Assembly (NCBI GenBank): GCA_964436175.1
Contig: CAYTBX010000001.1
Location: 24,306 to 88,305, forward strand
Source: an uncultured Candidatus Saccharibacteria bacterium
GTDB taxonomy: Bacteria; Patescibacteriota; Minisyncoccia; UBA6257; UBA11618
Length of the DNA: 64,000 nt
Direction of reading: 5' to 3'
Position numbers and translations under genes: made by a program. Below are positions 1-9,255 of this stretch, one piece after another. Numbering within the stretch: position 1 is the stretch's first letter; the number at the start of each line of letters is the position of its first letter. The notes below the pieces were generated by a model. The model had not been told where the DNA came from. It searched no databases and worked only from the letters and a program-made list of their open reading frames with translations.

Positions 1-986
1 ATAAGCCTGCTTTGGGGCGCGGGCATTCCCAAGTGCGCGTAGCCTTCGGGCGTTACCACGCGGCCAGCGGATGTGCGGTGTAAAAACCCGAGCATGATAA
101 GAAACGGCTCGACTACTTCCTCGATATTTTCCGCATTGTCGTTCATTGCGGCCGCCACGGAATTAATACCAACCGGCCCGCCGTTGAATTTTTTAATAAT
201 CAATTCCATGTAGCGCCTATCGAGCAGCTCTAAGCCCAATGGATCAATATCCAACATATCGAACGTCTTTTTTACCACGTCATCCGTAATCGTTTTCGCG
301 CCGTGCACCTCGGCATAGTCGCGCACGCGCTTTAATAATCGGTTTGCCGCACGTGGGGTAAAGCGCGAAGCGAGGGCGACCCGCGCGATTGCCGCATCGT
401 CTAAATTCATTTCCAAAATCCCCGCCGAGCGGCGCACAATCTGCTCGATTGCCGGATTATCGTAATAGTCGAGCTTAAACGAAGCCCCAAAGCGGGACCG
501 TAATGGGCCAGAGATAAGATGTACGCGCGTGGTTGCCGCGATTACCGTAAACGCCGGTAAGTCGAGTGAAACCGTACGTGCGCCCGGCCCCTTGCCGATT
601 ATCAAGTTGAGCTTACGGCTTTCCATGGCGGGATATAAAACTTCTTCAATGTTTTTATTAATACGGTGCGCCTCGTCGATAAATAAAACATCACGCTCTT
701 CGAGGTTGCTAAGCACCGCCGCTAAGTCCCCCATCTTTTCGAGCGCGGGGCCGGACGTAACCTTTAGCCCGCACCCGAGTTCGTTCGTTACGAGGTGTGC
801 CAAAGTAGTCTTTCCTAAGCCAGCCTGCCCGTAAAAAAGAAGATGATCACACGCCTCGTTGCGGGCCTTAGCAGCCGCCAAAATGACGCGTAGATTCTCT
901 TTAATCTTGTCTTGGCCGACGTAATCACCCCACCCAGAGGGACGGAGGGCGGAGTCAACGGTAAGATGCTCTTTTTGGTTATCCAC
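1..986 (-). CDS. ruvB: Holliday junction branch-migration helicase RuvB; the 3' end runs off the window edge and the start is probably the GTG near 986
   Basis: My own minus-strand translation gives ...LRPSGWGDYVGQDKIKENL...HLLFYGQAGLGKTTLAHLVTNELG (Walker A) and ...VLFIDEAHRINK..., matching the RuvB AAA+ core. It is absent from the ORF track because the frame is open to the window edge. Confidence 0.85.
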   Translation of the reverse strand, partial: MDNQKEHLTVDSALRPSGWGDYVGQDKIKENLRVILAAAKARNEACDHLLFYGQAGLGKTTLAHLVTNELGCGLKVTSGPALEKMGDLAAVLSNLEERDVLFIDEAHRINKNIEEVLYPAMESRKLNLIIGKGPGARTVSLDLPAFTVIAATTRVHLISGPLRSRFGASFKLDYYDNPAIEQIVRRSAGILEMNLDDAAIARVALASRFTPRAANRLLKRVRDYAEVHGAKTITDDVVKKTFDMLDIDPLGLELLDRRYMELIIKKFNGGPVGINSVAAAMNDNAENIEEVVEPFLIMLGFLHRTSAGRVVTPEGYAHLGMPAPQSRL

Positions 987-994
987 GGTGGTGC

Positions 995-1024
995 TTGACA
1001 AATTGAAATTGGGTATGCTATACT
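995..1024 (+). promoter_or_regulatory. Near-consensus sigma70-type promoter TTGACA-N18-(TGc)TATACT, reading rightward into a non-coding region
   Basis: ttgaca at 995-1000 and tatact at 1019-1024 with a TG extended -10. No plus-strand ORF lies downstream. Confidence 0.5.
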
Positions 1025-1044
1025 GTTGGCTGTTCACCCTTGAG

Positions 1045-1218
1045 AATAGTGATCTGCGGGCGACCCAGACGCAAGTCTGGAAAGAACAATTTTTAGTATA
1101 CGGATGGTCTGGCTCCGGCTGGATCTCTCCTCGAAATCGTTCTAACCTTTTTCCCTCGTGAAAAAGATTTCTATAGTTCTCGGCTCAACGAGACAACGCC
1201 CGCAGATCACTATTTTTT
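1045..1218 (+). ncRNA. Candidate structured small RNA of about 175 nt whose 5' and 3' ends form a perfect 18-bp stem followed by a U-run; a 6S- or Y-like RNA is one possibility
   Basis: aatagtgatctgcgggcg (1045-1062) is the exact reverse complement of cgcccgcagatcactatt (1197-1214), which is followed by tttt. Internal hairpins include ccagac-GCAA-gtctgg (1065-1080, a GNRA loop), a nested gaaatc/tttttc..gaaaaa/gatttc hairpin (1133-1171) and tctcg-gctcaa-cgaga (1178-1193). It lies directly downstream of the promoter at 995-1024. Confidence 0.35.
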
Positions 1219-1231
1219 CGTTATAGTTTTC

Positions 1232-2635
1232 TTAGAAAGCAATTAACCCCGTCGCAGCCTCGATTTCGGCTACCGTCGTTATACCATGGAGGGCTTTTAT
1301 AATGCCATCCTGTTGCATTGTAACCATACCGCGTGCGACAGCGAAGGCGTATAAATCCCCCGCACCCGTACCGGCGGCTATTATTTTTTCCGCATCTGCA
1401 TTTACGGGAAAGAGCTCGAAGATAGCGATGCGGCCGCGATAACCCGCGCCGTCACATGCCGTGCACCCCACCGGGTCGCATAGCCCCTCAGCCGAAAGCC
1501 CTTCGCGGGAAACCCGCGCGGGAAGCAATGTTAAATAGTTTTTTATTTTTTCCACAAGCCCCGCGTCCACACCTGCGGGCTTTTTGCATTTTTCGCACAG
1601 TCGCCGTACCAAGCGCTGGCCCATTATAAGGTTAATAGCCGGACCGATAGTCTCTTTTTGCACACCCATGTCGCTTAGACGCGGTATTGCGCCCGCCGCG
1701 TCGTTGGCGTGTACCGTAGAAAAAACTTGGTGACCCGTAAGCGCGGCCTGCATGCCGATGCCAGCCGTTTCCGCATCGCGGATTTCGCCCACAAGGATAA
1801 TATCCGGATCCTGCCGCACGATGGCGCGGAGCCCCGTCGCGAAGGAATACCCCTTATCCTCGTCCACCTGCGTCTGCTCGATACCCGCGACCGCGTATTC
1901 TATGGGGTCTTCAATAGTGACGACCTTATTGCCCGGCTGCGCGACCTTCTTAAGGAACGAGTAGAGCGTCGTCGTCTTACCTGAGCCCGTAGGACCGGTG
2001 TTTAAGATCATGCCGTTCGGGACGCTGAGCTCACGCATGACGATAGCGAAGTCGTCTTGCCGCAACCCTAAGGAACCGATATCCGTTTGGAGCGCCGCAG
2101 GGTCTAAGAGACGCATAACAAGCGTTTCGCCGTACTGCGCAGGGACGGAAGAAACGCGCACTTCAATCTGGGCGTTTTCGGTGCGTACCGAGAACCGCCC
2201 ATCCTGCGGCTTGTCCGCATTCAGCTTCATGCGGGAAAGAAGCTTGATACGCGACGAAAGCATTTTGTAGTACGACAACGGCACCGAACCCGCATCGTTC
2301 ATTATGCCGTCGATGCGCAAGCGCATAAGAACCGAAGCTTCCTGCGGCTCCATGTGGATGTCCGAGGCGCGCAAGCGCACACCTGCGAGCAGAAGTAATT
2401 CCATAAACGAGGCGATGAGGCCGTTTTCGAAATCGAACGATGCGAAAGCGGCCTTCACGTCCGCAAATGTCGCCATGCTCGGCGCGAGTTCCTGCTCGCG
2501 TTCCGGTGAAACGCTTATCACACCCGCAACTTCTGCCTGTGGAGCCGATGCCGCACGGCGCTCGGCCTCGCGCTTCTCACCGCGCTCCTCGTGCTCGCGC
2601 GCAAGCCGCGCCAACTGTTCGTCTATAAGGGACAT
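1232..2635 (-). CDS. pilB: PilB/GspE-family secretion/pilus assembly ATPase
   Basis: 467 aa with Walker A LNTGPTGSGKTTTLYSFL, and typical GspE motifs including a C-terminal Cys tetrad (CEKC...CTAC). Confidence 0.85.
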   Translation of the reverse strand: MSLIDEQLARLAREHEERGEKREAERRAASAPQAEVAGVISVSPEREQELAPSMATFADVKAAFASFDFENGLIASFMELLLLAGVRLRASDIHMEPQEASVLMRLRIDGIMNDAGSVPLSYYKMLSSRIKLLSRMKLNADKPQDGRFSVRTENAQIEVRVSSVPAQYGETLVMRLLDPAALQTDIGSLGLRQDDFAIVMRELSVPNGMILNTGPTGSGKTTTLYSFLKKVAQPGNKVVTIEDPIEYAVAGIEQTQVDEDKGYSFATGLRAIVRQDPDIILVGEIRDAETAGIGMQAALTGHQVFSTVHANDAAGAIPRLSDMGVQKETIGPAINLIMGQRLVRRLCEKCKKPAGVDAGLVEKIKNYLTLLPARVSREGLSAEGLCDPVGCTACDGAGYRGRIAIFELFPVNADAEKIIAAGTGAGDLYAFAVARGMVTMQQDGIIKALHGITTVAEIEAATGLIAF

Positions 2636-2723
2636 ATATATGCATTACGGTAGCATTGCCAACTTCGATAATCCAGATCGAGGAGCTTTTTTTATATTTT
2701 TAAATGCCGTACCCTCCGTATAT

Positions 2724-3245
2724 ATGTCCGGACATAATAAGTGGTCCCAGATAAAACACCAGAAGGGCGCGACCGACAAGAAAAAGAGCGTTGTTTTCTC
2801 GAAGATACTAAAGGCTATTACGATAGCCGCGCGCGGCGAACCAAACCCCGCTTTTAATCCCCGCCTGCGGAGCCTTATAGAAGAAGCACGAGCAAACACG
2901 GTGCCGAACGAAAATATCGAACGTGCAATACAAAAAACACAGGATACCGACGCACTAGAAGAAATGACACTCGAAGCATACGGTCCGAACGGTATCGCAA
3001 TCCTTATCAATACAATCACTGACAGTACTACCCGCACGGTTAACGAAGTGCGCCACCTCCTTGAAAAGAACGGTGGCAAACTCGGCGAAATAGGCAGCGT
3101 ACGCTGGGCGTTCGACGGAACAGAAGCGAAGTTTCCTCTCGAGGGAAGTGATGAAGACCGTGCAGTAATGGAAAAACTGGAAGACCTTCTCGATGACCGC
3201 GACGATGTGCAGTCTGTTTTTACCAACCTAGCGCCTAGAGCCTAA
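2724..3245 (+). CDS. yebC: YebC/PmpR (TACO1) family protein, unusually short at 173 aa
   Basis: MSGHNKWSQIKHQKGATDKKKS...NPRLRSLIEEARANTVPNENIERAIQK. The long ORF from 2304 is an artefactual N-extension that overlaps pilB. Confidence 0.75.
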   Translation: MSGHNKWSQIKHQKGATDKKKSVVFSKILKAITIAARGEPNPAFNPRLRSLIEEARANTVPNENIERAIQKTQDTDALEEMTLEAYGPNGIAILINTITDSTTRTVNEVRHLLEKNGGKLGEIGSVRWAFDGTEAKFPLEGSDEDRAVMEKLEDLLDDRDDVQSVFTNLAPRA

Positions 3246-3739
3246 TGCCTAGCGCCTCCGTCCGCATCCTCGGCATCGACCCTGGTAGTTCGCGCATCGG
3301 TTTCGGCCTGATAGAAAAAAAGGGATCAGTACTCTCCCTTATTAAAACCGGAGTTGTCGAAATCCCCAAAGGCGAGGCGGCGGAAAAATTGAACGCGCTC
3401 GCAACCGAATTCAAAAAACTTATTGCGGAATCCAAGCCCGATGCTATCGGCATCGAAAAGCTATTTTTCTCTAAGAACGTGAAAACAGGCATCGAAGTAG
3501 CGCAAGCACGCGGACTCTTATTACATCTTTCAAGTGCGTGCGCGCCCGTTTACGAATTCACTCCCCAGCAGGTGAAAGTCGCGACGACGAATTACGGCGG
3601 TGCGGATAAAAAAGCGGTAGCGCGAATGGTCGCGATGATCCTTAACGTGCCCCCGCTCCGTATCCTCGACGACGCGACGGACGCGCTCGCTATAGCTATA
3701 GCCGCTGCAGGGATGCACCGCATAGATAAAACTTCTTGA
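3245..3739 (+). CDS. ruvC: Holliday junction resolvase RuvC
   Basis: ILGIDPGSSRIGFGLIE ... DATDALAIAIAAAG. Its start overlaps the yebC stop. Confidence 0.9.
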   Translation: MPSASVRILGIDPGSSRIGFGLIEKKGSVLSLIKTGVVEIPKGEAAEKLNALATEFKKLIAESKPDAIGIEKLFFSKNVKTGIEVAQARGLLLHLSSACAPVYEFTPQQVKVATTNYGGADKKAVARMVAMILNVPPLRILDDATDALAIAIAAAGMHRIDKTS

Positions 3740-3763
3740 CACTACAGAGTACTCGTATATACT
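3736..3763 (+). promoter_or_regulatory. sigma70-like promoter TTGACA-N16-TATACT for the small acidic ORF; the -35 element overlaps the ruvC stop
   Basis: ttgaca at 3736-3741 and tatact at 3758-3763. Confidence 0.4.
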
Positions 3764-3795
3764 TCCCCCAAAAGGTCGTTATAGAGCGTTATTTT

Positions 3796-3984
3796 ATGGA
3801 ATTTATTACTGGAATTACTACCCCTGTCTGCCCTACCGAATACTTCGTGAACGTGGACGGACTTGATGACGTTGACGGCCTCGAAGACGATTTGGAAAAC
3901 GACGATGATCTCGACGAAGCGGACGATGATCTCGACGAGACCGACGACGACGAGGATGATGATGACGACGAAGAGGAAATATAG
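3796..3984 (+). CDS. Small (62 aa) extremely acidic protein with its own promoter and terminator
   Basis: MEFITGITTPVCPTEYFVNVDGLDDVDGLEDDLENDDDLDEADDDLDETDDDEDDDDDEEEI. The C-terminal 40 aa are almost entirely D and E. Confidence 0.5.
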   Translation: MEFITGITTPVCPTEYFVNVDGLDDVDGLEDDLENDDDLDEADDDLDETDDDEDDDDDEEEI

Positions 3985-4007
3985 TCCCTCCTACAACGAT
4001 TAAGAAG

Positions 4008-4047
4008 CGTCCTGCATGCGGTATACTGGTATGCAGGACGTTTTGTT
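4008..4047 (+). terminator. Rho-independent terminator
   Basis: cgtcctgcat (4008-4017) pairs with atgcaggacg (4031-4040), followed by ttttgtt. Confidence 0.7.
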
Positions 4048-4052
4048 CGTGA

Positions 4053-6449
4053 TTGCGAAATACATATATGAATATGAAAATAAAATTCAAACCTTTTTTA
4101 AAGAAGGCATATAAGCCAGCTCTTATAGGAGCTGTCGCTGCCCTTTTTGCGGGCGCGCTTTATGCCGTAGCCGTCGTGCGATCCGTCCCCGACGTAACGC
4201 TCCTTTCGCAGAACCGTATCGCCGAATCGACAAAGCTCTACGACCGCACCGGTAAAGTACTTTTATACGAACTCTATGGCGAACAGCGCCGCACGGTCGT
4301 TACTCCCGACCAGATTCCCGACATAGTACGCAATGCAACGATCGCGGTCGAAGACCGTAATTTCTATAACCATGCCGCCATCGACTGGAAAGGTATCGCA
4401 CGGGCAATGCTCACAAATATACGGAACGTCGGCGTCGTGCAGGGAGGCTCGACGATTACCCAACAGCTTGCGAAGAAGGCGTTCCTTACGGACGACAGAA
4501 CTATATCCCGTAAGATTAAGGAACTCGTCATAGCGTACAACCTCGAAAGGCGGTATTCGAAAGACGAAATCTTAAACCTCTACCTTAACCAGATCCCCTA
4601 CGGCGCGAATGCGTACGGCATCGAGGCGGCATCGAAGACGTACTTCGGCAAGAGCGCCATGGAACTTACGGTGGCGGAAACCGCCCTCCTTGCGAGCCTC
4701 CCTAAGGCACCGAGTTATTACTCCCCCTGGGGAACGCACGTAGCGGACCTCATGGCACGCAAAGACCGCACGATAGGCCAGATGACGGAAGCAGGGTTCT
4801 TAACCGAGGAACAAAAAAATAAAGCCCTTAAGGAAGAAATTATATTCCTTCCGCAATTCACCAACATTAAGGCTCCGCACTTCGTAATGCTCGTGCAGGA
4901 ATACCTTTCGAACGCCTACGGCGATGACTTCATGCGTACGGGCGGTCTTAAAGTCACGACGACGCTCGACTGGGCGCTGCAGCAGGCGGCGGAAAAGGCA
5001 GTAGCGGACGGCGCGAGGCGTAATACCGAATTATATAAAGGAACGAATGCGGCGCTCGTGGCAGCCGACTCGGAAACCGGCCAAGTACTCGCGCTCGTGG
5101 GGTCGCGCGGCTATTTCGACGAAGCGATAGATGGCAACTTCGACGTCGCCTCGCAAGGACTCCGCCAACCCGGCTCGTCTATAAAGCCATTTGCATACCT
5201 CGCCGCCTTTAAAAAAGGGTTTTCTCCCGATACCGTCCTCTTCGACGCGGAGACGGAATTTGATACAACGGGCGTTGCCGACCGGAGCTACAAGCCGCAG
5301 AACTTCGACCACCAGTTCCGCGGGCCGGTATCGATGAGGAACTCACTCGCACAATCCGTAAACGTCACGTCCGTAAAAACGCTCTACCTCACGGGTATCG
5401 ACAACGTACTTACGCTCGTGCGTGCTATGGGTATATCGACATTAAGCGAACGCAACCGTTACGGCCTCACGCTTGCCTTGGGCGGCGGCGAAGTAAAGCT
5501 TATCGATATGATTAAGGCGTATTCCGTCTTAAGCCAAGACGGCGTATTGCACGAACAAGCGACAATACTCTCCGTGGAAGATAAGAATGGTAAAACGCTC
5601 GAGTCGTACAAGGACGCAAAAGAACAAGTCGTAAACAGCGGGTACGTCCGCATGGTGAACGATATACTCTCAGACACCGCCGCGCGGTCGCCGCTATTCC
5701 AAAGCAGTATGGGCCTTACTATATTCCCTAACCATGAAGTAGCGATGAAAACCGGTACTACGAACGACTACCGCGACGCGTGGACCTTCGGCTACACCCC
5801 ATCCCTCGTCGTCGGCGTCTGGGCCGGTAATAACGACAATACGCCCCTACAACAAAGCGGCGGCAGTATCTTAGCAGCCGTACCCATCTGGAGCGCCTTC
5901 ATGAAAGAAGCTTTGAAGAATGCCCCCTTCGAGCCATTCCCCCGCCCGAACGCGACGATTACCGATAAGCCAGTATTGAATGGCGAATATATGGTGAATA
6001 ACGAAGTGCATACCATCCTCTACTACGTAAACAAGAAGGATCCGCTAGGGGCCCCGCCGCAGAACCCGCAAGCCGACTCGCAATTCAAGAATTGGGAAGA
6101 GGGTATAATCAGCTGGCTTAACGCGCATCCGGATTTTCTTATGAATCGCGGCGGCATGAACACCCCGTCCGCGTCCGGAATCGAACTCATAAATATCAAA
6201 AACGGTGACTTCGTTATGCAATCCCCGTTTACGGTAAACGCGCGATTAACAGCGGCGGCGGATATTATGGGAATCGAAACATACTTAAACGACGTACTCG
6301 TACGGAAAGACGCCGTACCCCCGAACAAGAGCTACGACTACTCGGTAACGGTAGCCGCACCGCTGGAAGCCCAGAATAAGTTCGCGGTAAAAATCTTCGG
6401 TGCACAAGGAATACTCGAATCGAAAGAAATAGTTATTTTCAGGCGATAA
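4053..6449 (+). CDS. Class A penicillin-binding protein (transglycosylase + transpeptidase, PBP1A-type)
   Basis: 798 aa with an N-terminal TM segment; GT51 motifs (EDRNFYNHAAID, GGSTITQQLAKKAFL) and transpeptidase SxxK (GSSIKPF), KTG (AMKTGTT). Confidence 0.9.
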   Translation: MRNTYMNMKIKFKPFLKKAYKPALIGAVAALFAGALYAVAVVRSVPDVTLLSQNRIAESTKLYDRTGKVLLYELYGEQRRTVVTPDQIPDIVRNATIAVEDRNFYNHAAIDWKGIARAMLTNIRNVGVVQGGSTITQQLAKKAFLTDDRTISRKIKELVIAYNLERRYSKDEILNLYLNQIPYGANAYGIEAASKTYFGKSAMELTVAETALLASLPKAPSYYSPWGTHVADLMARKDRTIGQMTEAGFLTEEQKNKALKEEIIFLPQFTNIKAPHFVMLVQEYLSNAYGDDFMRTGGLKVTTTLDWALQQAAEKAVADGARRNTELYKGTNAALVAADSETGQVLALVGSRGYFDEAIDGNFDVASQGLRQPGSSIKPFAYLAAFKKGFSPDTVLFDAETEFDTTGVADRSYKPQNFDHQFRGPVSMRNSLAQSVNVTSVKTLYLTGIDNVLTLVRAMGISTLSERNRYGLTLALGGGEVKLIDMIKAYSVLSQDGVLHEQATILSVEDKNGKTLESYKDAKEQVVNSGYVRMVNDILSDTAARSPLFQSSMGLTIFPNHEVAMKTGTTNDYRDAWTFGYTPSLVVGVWAGNNDNTPLQQSGGSILAAVPIWSAFMKEALKNAPFEPFPRPNATITDKPVLNGEYMVNNEVHTILYYVNKKDPLGAPPQNPQADSQFKNWEEGIISWLNAHPDFLMNRGGMNTPSASGIELINIKNGDFVMQSPFTVNARLTAAADIMGIETYLNDVLVRKDAVPPNKSYDYSVTVAAPLEAQNKFAVKIFGAQGILESKEIVIFRR

Positions 6450-6465
6450 TGAAGCAGAGCTACGA

Positions 6466-7578
6466 TCAGACCCTGATCGGCATCACGATATAGAGGAACG
6501 AAGAATCGTCCGCAGGCCTAATCATCGCCGGACGGTTACTGCCGTTCAGTTTTAAGACAACGGACTCCCCCTGCATCGACTTCAAGCCATCTAAAAGATA
6601 CCGCCAGTTAAAGGGAATATCCGCTATCTGCGTACCCGTAACGCGCGCAGGGATGAGGTATTTGTTTTCGCCGAGGAATTGGTTAACCGAATGGACGGTA
6701 ACCGTCTTCCCCTCCGCATCGGTTGAAAGGCGCACGTCGTTCGTTTTACCGCTAAAATTACTTACTAATTTTACGGCGTTCATAAGGTGTGCGCGGTCGA
6801 GCGAGACCTCCGTCTCAGCGTCTTTCGGGATGATTTGTTCGTAATCGGGATACGTGCCGTCGATAAGGCGCGACATCACCTCCACGTCGTCGGATTTAAA
6901 GAGCATCTGGTTGCCGTCACAATGCACCAGGAGGGGCGCGGTGCGCGATATAACCCGTAAGAGCTCCTGCGCAGTACGGAGCGGCACTATGGCCCGAAAT
7001 CCGGCCTCGAACGTATGCTTGAATTTATTTCCGTCGACGATCTTCTCCGCTAAGCGGAAACTGTCGGTGGCGACGAGCTTTAATACCGTCATCTGGAAGT
7101 CGAACAGCACGCCGCTGATTTCCGGACGAATATCCGAGATATGCGCCGCGCTTATTACCTGCTGTAAGGCATCTTGAAAAACGACAGGATCTATTTCCAT
7201 ATATGCGCCCCCATCCGCCATGCGCGGAATAAGGGGGAAATCCTCGGCTGCCGCCCCCTGCATCTTCGCCTCGTAATTATCGGTCTTCACAACGAAGCTG
7301 GACCCCTCGCTTTCGAGATTAATGCGGTCGTGCGCCGTATTATTTACGATGCTGTAAAAAGTAGCGAATGGGACGGATAAGGCCCCCTCTTCCGTGATCT
7401 TCCCCGATATGAGCTTCGTTATAGCGAGCTCGAGGTTTGTGGTTGTAAGTTGGATCTTCGTACCTACCGTACGCACGAGTACGTTTTTCAATATCGGTAA
7501 GTTAGACGAATCAGCTACCGCTCGTTCGGCAGCTAACAGTCCGTTTTTTAGGTTGTCACGGAAGAGTATCAGTTTCAT
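6466..7578 (-). CDS. dnaN: DNA polymerase III beta sliding clamp
   Basis: 370 aa with the typical DnaN N-terminus MKLILFRDNLKNGLLAAERAV, located immediately downstream of dnaA. Confidence 0.9.
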   Translation of the reverse strand: MKLILFRDNLKNGLLAAERAVADSSNLPILKNVLVRTVGTKIQLTTTNLELAITKLISGKITEEGALSVPFATFYSIVNNTAHDRINLESEGSSFVVKTDNYEAKMQGAAAEDFPLIPRMADGGAYMEIDPVVFQDALQQVISAAHISDIRPEISGVLFDFQMTVLKLVATDSFRLAEKIVDGNKFKHTFEAGFRAIVPLRTAQELLRVISRTAPLLVHCDGNQMLFKSDDVEVMSRLIDGTYPDYEQIIPKDAETEVSLDRAHLMNAVKLVSNFSGKTNDVRLSTDAEGKTVTVHSVNQFLGENKYLIPARVTGTQIADIPFNWRYLLDGLKSMQGESVVLKLNGSNRPAMIRPADDSSFLYIVMPIRV

Positions 7579-7784
7579 ATATTCTCTTTATATATAGTTA
7601 GTAGTAGTAGTAAGCGAGTCGGATAGGTGGATAACTTCTTTTTCTCTTGTATATAGTGGTGTTATTCGCATAGTCTTCCTGTGGATTATTTCGCGGTTGC
7701 TGCGGGGATAACTTTTGCGGACTATGGTAATCATGCGAAGTATGTGGTTGTTTGGCAACATGTTATCCGTACATTATCCACAGG
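7579..7784. other. Candidate oriC: a DnaA-box cluster plus an AT-rich tract in the dnaA-dnaN spacer
   Basis: Perfect TTATCCACA at 7774-7782. Near-boxes ggTGGATAA at 7626-7634, TGTGGATtA at 7680-7688, gGgGGATAA at 7704-7712 and TTATCCgtA at 7763-7771. AT-rich atattctctttatatatagttagtagtagtag at 7580-7612. Confidence 0.6.
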
Positions 7785-9185
7785 TTATACATACGCTTTA
7801 TTCAGCATTTCCCTGATAGAAAGTATTTTTTGGCTAAGCGTCTGGTTGCGCGTCATTTCCTGCGATATTTTCTCGTACGCGTAGAGTACGGTCGTGTGGT
7901 CGCGCTTGCCTAGTTTTTCACCAATAAAGGGGTATGAGAGGTCGAGGATATCGCGCAGGAGATAAATGGCAATCTGGCGGGGCTCCACAACCTGTTGCTT
8001 GCGCGAATGGCTCATAATGTCCGCCGTCGGTACTTCGAAGAAATCCGAAACGGTTTGGATTATGACGTCGGGGTGGATATTTTTCTGCGGGGTCTTTATG
8101 ACTTCGGCGATAATTTGCTCGGCGAGTTTTGGCGTTATGATGAGATTTTTAACCTGCTGGTAAAAAAGTATCCGGTTTAATATTCCTTCGAGCTCGCGGA
8201 ATCCCTTTTTAACTTTATTTACGATTTCGGCGATTACTTCGTCAGATAGCTCGGCCTTTTTCTCCGCGAGCTTGGCACGGAGCACGGCCGCCTTAAGTTC
8301 GAAATCGGGGTAGCCGATATCGACTATCATCCCCCCTTCGAACCGCGAGCGCAGGCGTTCTTCGAGTATAGGGATAAACTTCGGCGAACGGTCCGATGAT
8401 ATGATGATCTGTTTACGCTCTTCGTAGAGTGCGTTGAATGTGTGAAAGAATTCTTCTTCGGTACGCGCCTTACCGGCGATGAACTGAATATCGTCGATGA
8501 TAAGGACGTCGATTGCGCGGTACTTTTCCTTAATCGAATCCATGCGCTTATTCTTCATCGCCCAGATGACATCGTTTGTGAATTTTTCTGACGTCACGTA
8601 CCGTGCGCGGACTTTGCTGTGGTAGAGCTTTACCACTTCGTTGCCTAAGGCCTGCATTAAGTGGGTTTTACCCACACCAACACCGCCATATATAAAGAGC
8701 GGATTGTATTTAGTACCTATTTCTTTAATGATTCCCGTCGCCGCGGCATACGCCATTTCGTTGGACGACCCCACGATGAAGGAATTAAGCGTGTGGTGCG
8801 GATTAAGGTTGGTGTTCGGGTCGATAATGAGCTCGTTGAACGCCAGCTGCGAAGAAGAGTCGGTGTACGGCCGGTCACCGCTCGCTTTTTTTGCGCCGTG
8901 AGCGAGCTTCGCGGAATCTTTCGTAAGAATATATTCTACTTTGCGTATACCACTGTCGATTGTACGGAGCGTACCGAAGATCGTGTTGTGATATTTATTT
9001 TCTACCCACTCGCGGGCGAAATTATTCGGCAGTCCGACGGTAACCGTGCCGTCTTTTTTTTCCAGAATAGAACTATTCTTAAACCACGTTATGAAATTAG
9101 GTCGCGATATTTGCAACTCGACTTCGCCGAGTACTTTCTGCCAAAGCTCGTTGCAATCCATGGTACTCATTGTAGAGTCGGGCAC
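7785..9185 (-). CDS. dnaA: Chromosomal replication initiator DnaA
   Basis: GGVGVGKTHLMQALGNE (Walker A), IDDIQFIAGK, and a C-terminal DNA-binding helix region KRDHTTVLYAYEKI. Confidence 0.95.
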   Translation of the reverse strand: MPDSTMSTMDCNELWQKVLGEVELQISRPNFITWFKNSSILEKKDGTVTVGLPNNFAREWVENKYHNTIFGTLRTIDSGIRKVEYILTKDSAKLAHGAKKASGDRPYTDSSSQLAFNELIIDPNTNLNPHHTLNSFIVGSSNEMAYAAATGIIKEIGTKYNPLFIYGGVGVGKTHLMQALGNEVVKLYHSKVRARYVTSEKFTNDVIWAMKNKRMDSIKEKYRAIDVLIIDDIQFIAGKARTEEEFFHTFNALYEERKQIIISSDRSPKFIPILEERLRSRFEGGMIVDIGYPDFELKAAVLRAKLAEKKAELSDEVIAEIVNKVKKGFRELEGILNRILFYQQVKNLIITPKLAEQIIAEVIKTPQKNIHPDVIIQTVSDFFEVPTADIMSHSRKQQVVEPRQIAIYLLRDILDLSYPFIGEKLGKRDHTTVLYAYEKISQEMTRNQTLSQKILSIREMLNKAYV

Positions 9186-9220
9186 TTCCCTGTCAATAAT
9201 GACGTAACGGAAAAAACGTG

Positions 9221-9249
9221 TTGATAAGCGGGTCCGAATCTGCTATAAT
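9221..9249 (+). promoter_or_regulatory. Consensus sigma70 promoter TTGATA-N17-TATAAT for the rpmH operon
   Basis: ttgata at 9221-9226 and tataat at 9244-9249, 6 nt before the rpmH ATG. Confidence 0.6.
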
Positions 9250-9255
9250 GGCCGC

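Noticed and set aside
529-834. Plus-strand 101-aa ORF in the ORF track.
   Set aside because: It lies antisense within the clearly coding ruvB gene (the Walker A region) and is a low-complexity reading of the opposite strand.
2304-2723. The N-terminal 140 codons of the long 2304..3245 ORF.
   Set aside because: It overlaps pilB on the opposite strand. The YebC homology begins exactly at the internal ATG at 2724 (MSGHNKWSQIKH), so the upstream portion is an artefactual extension.
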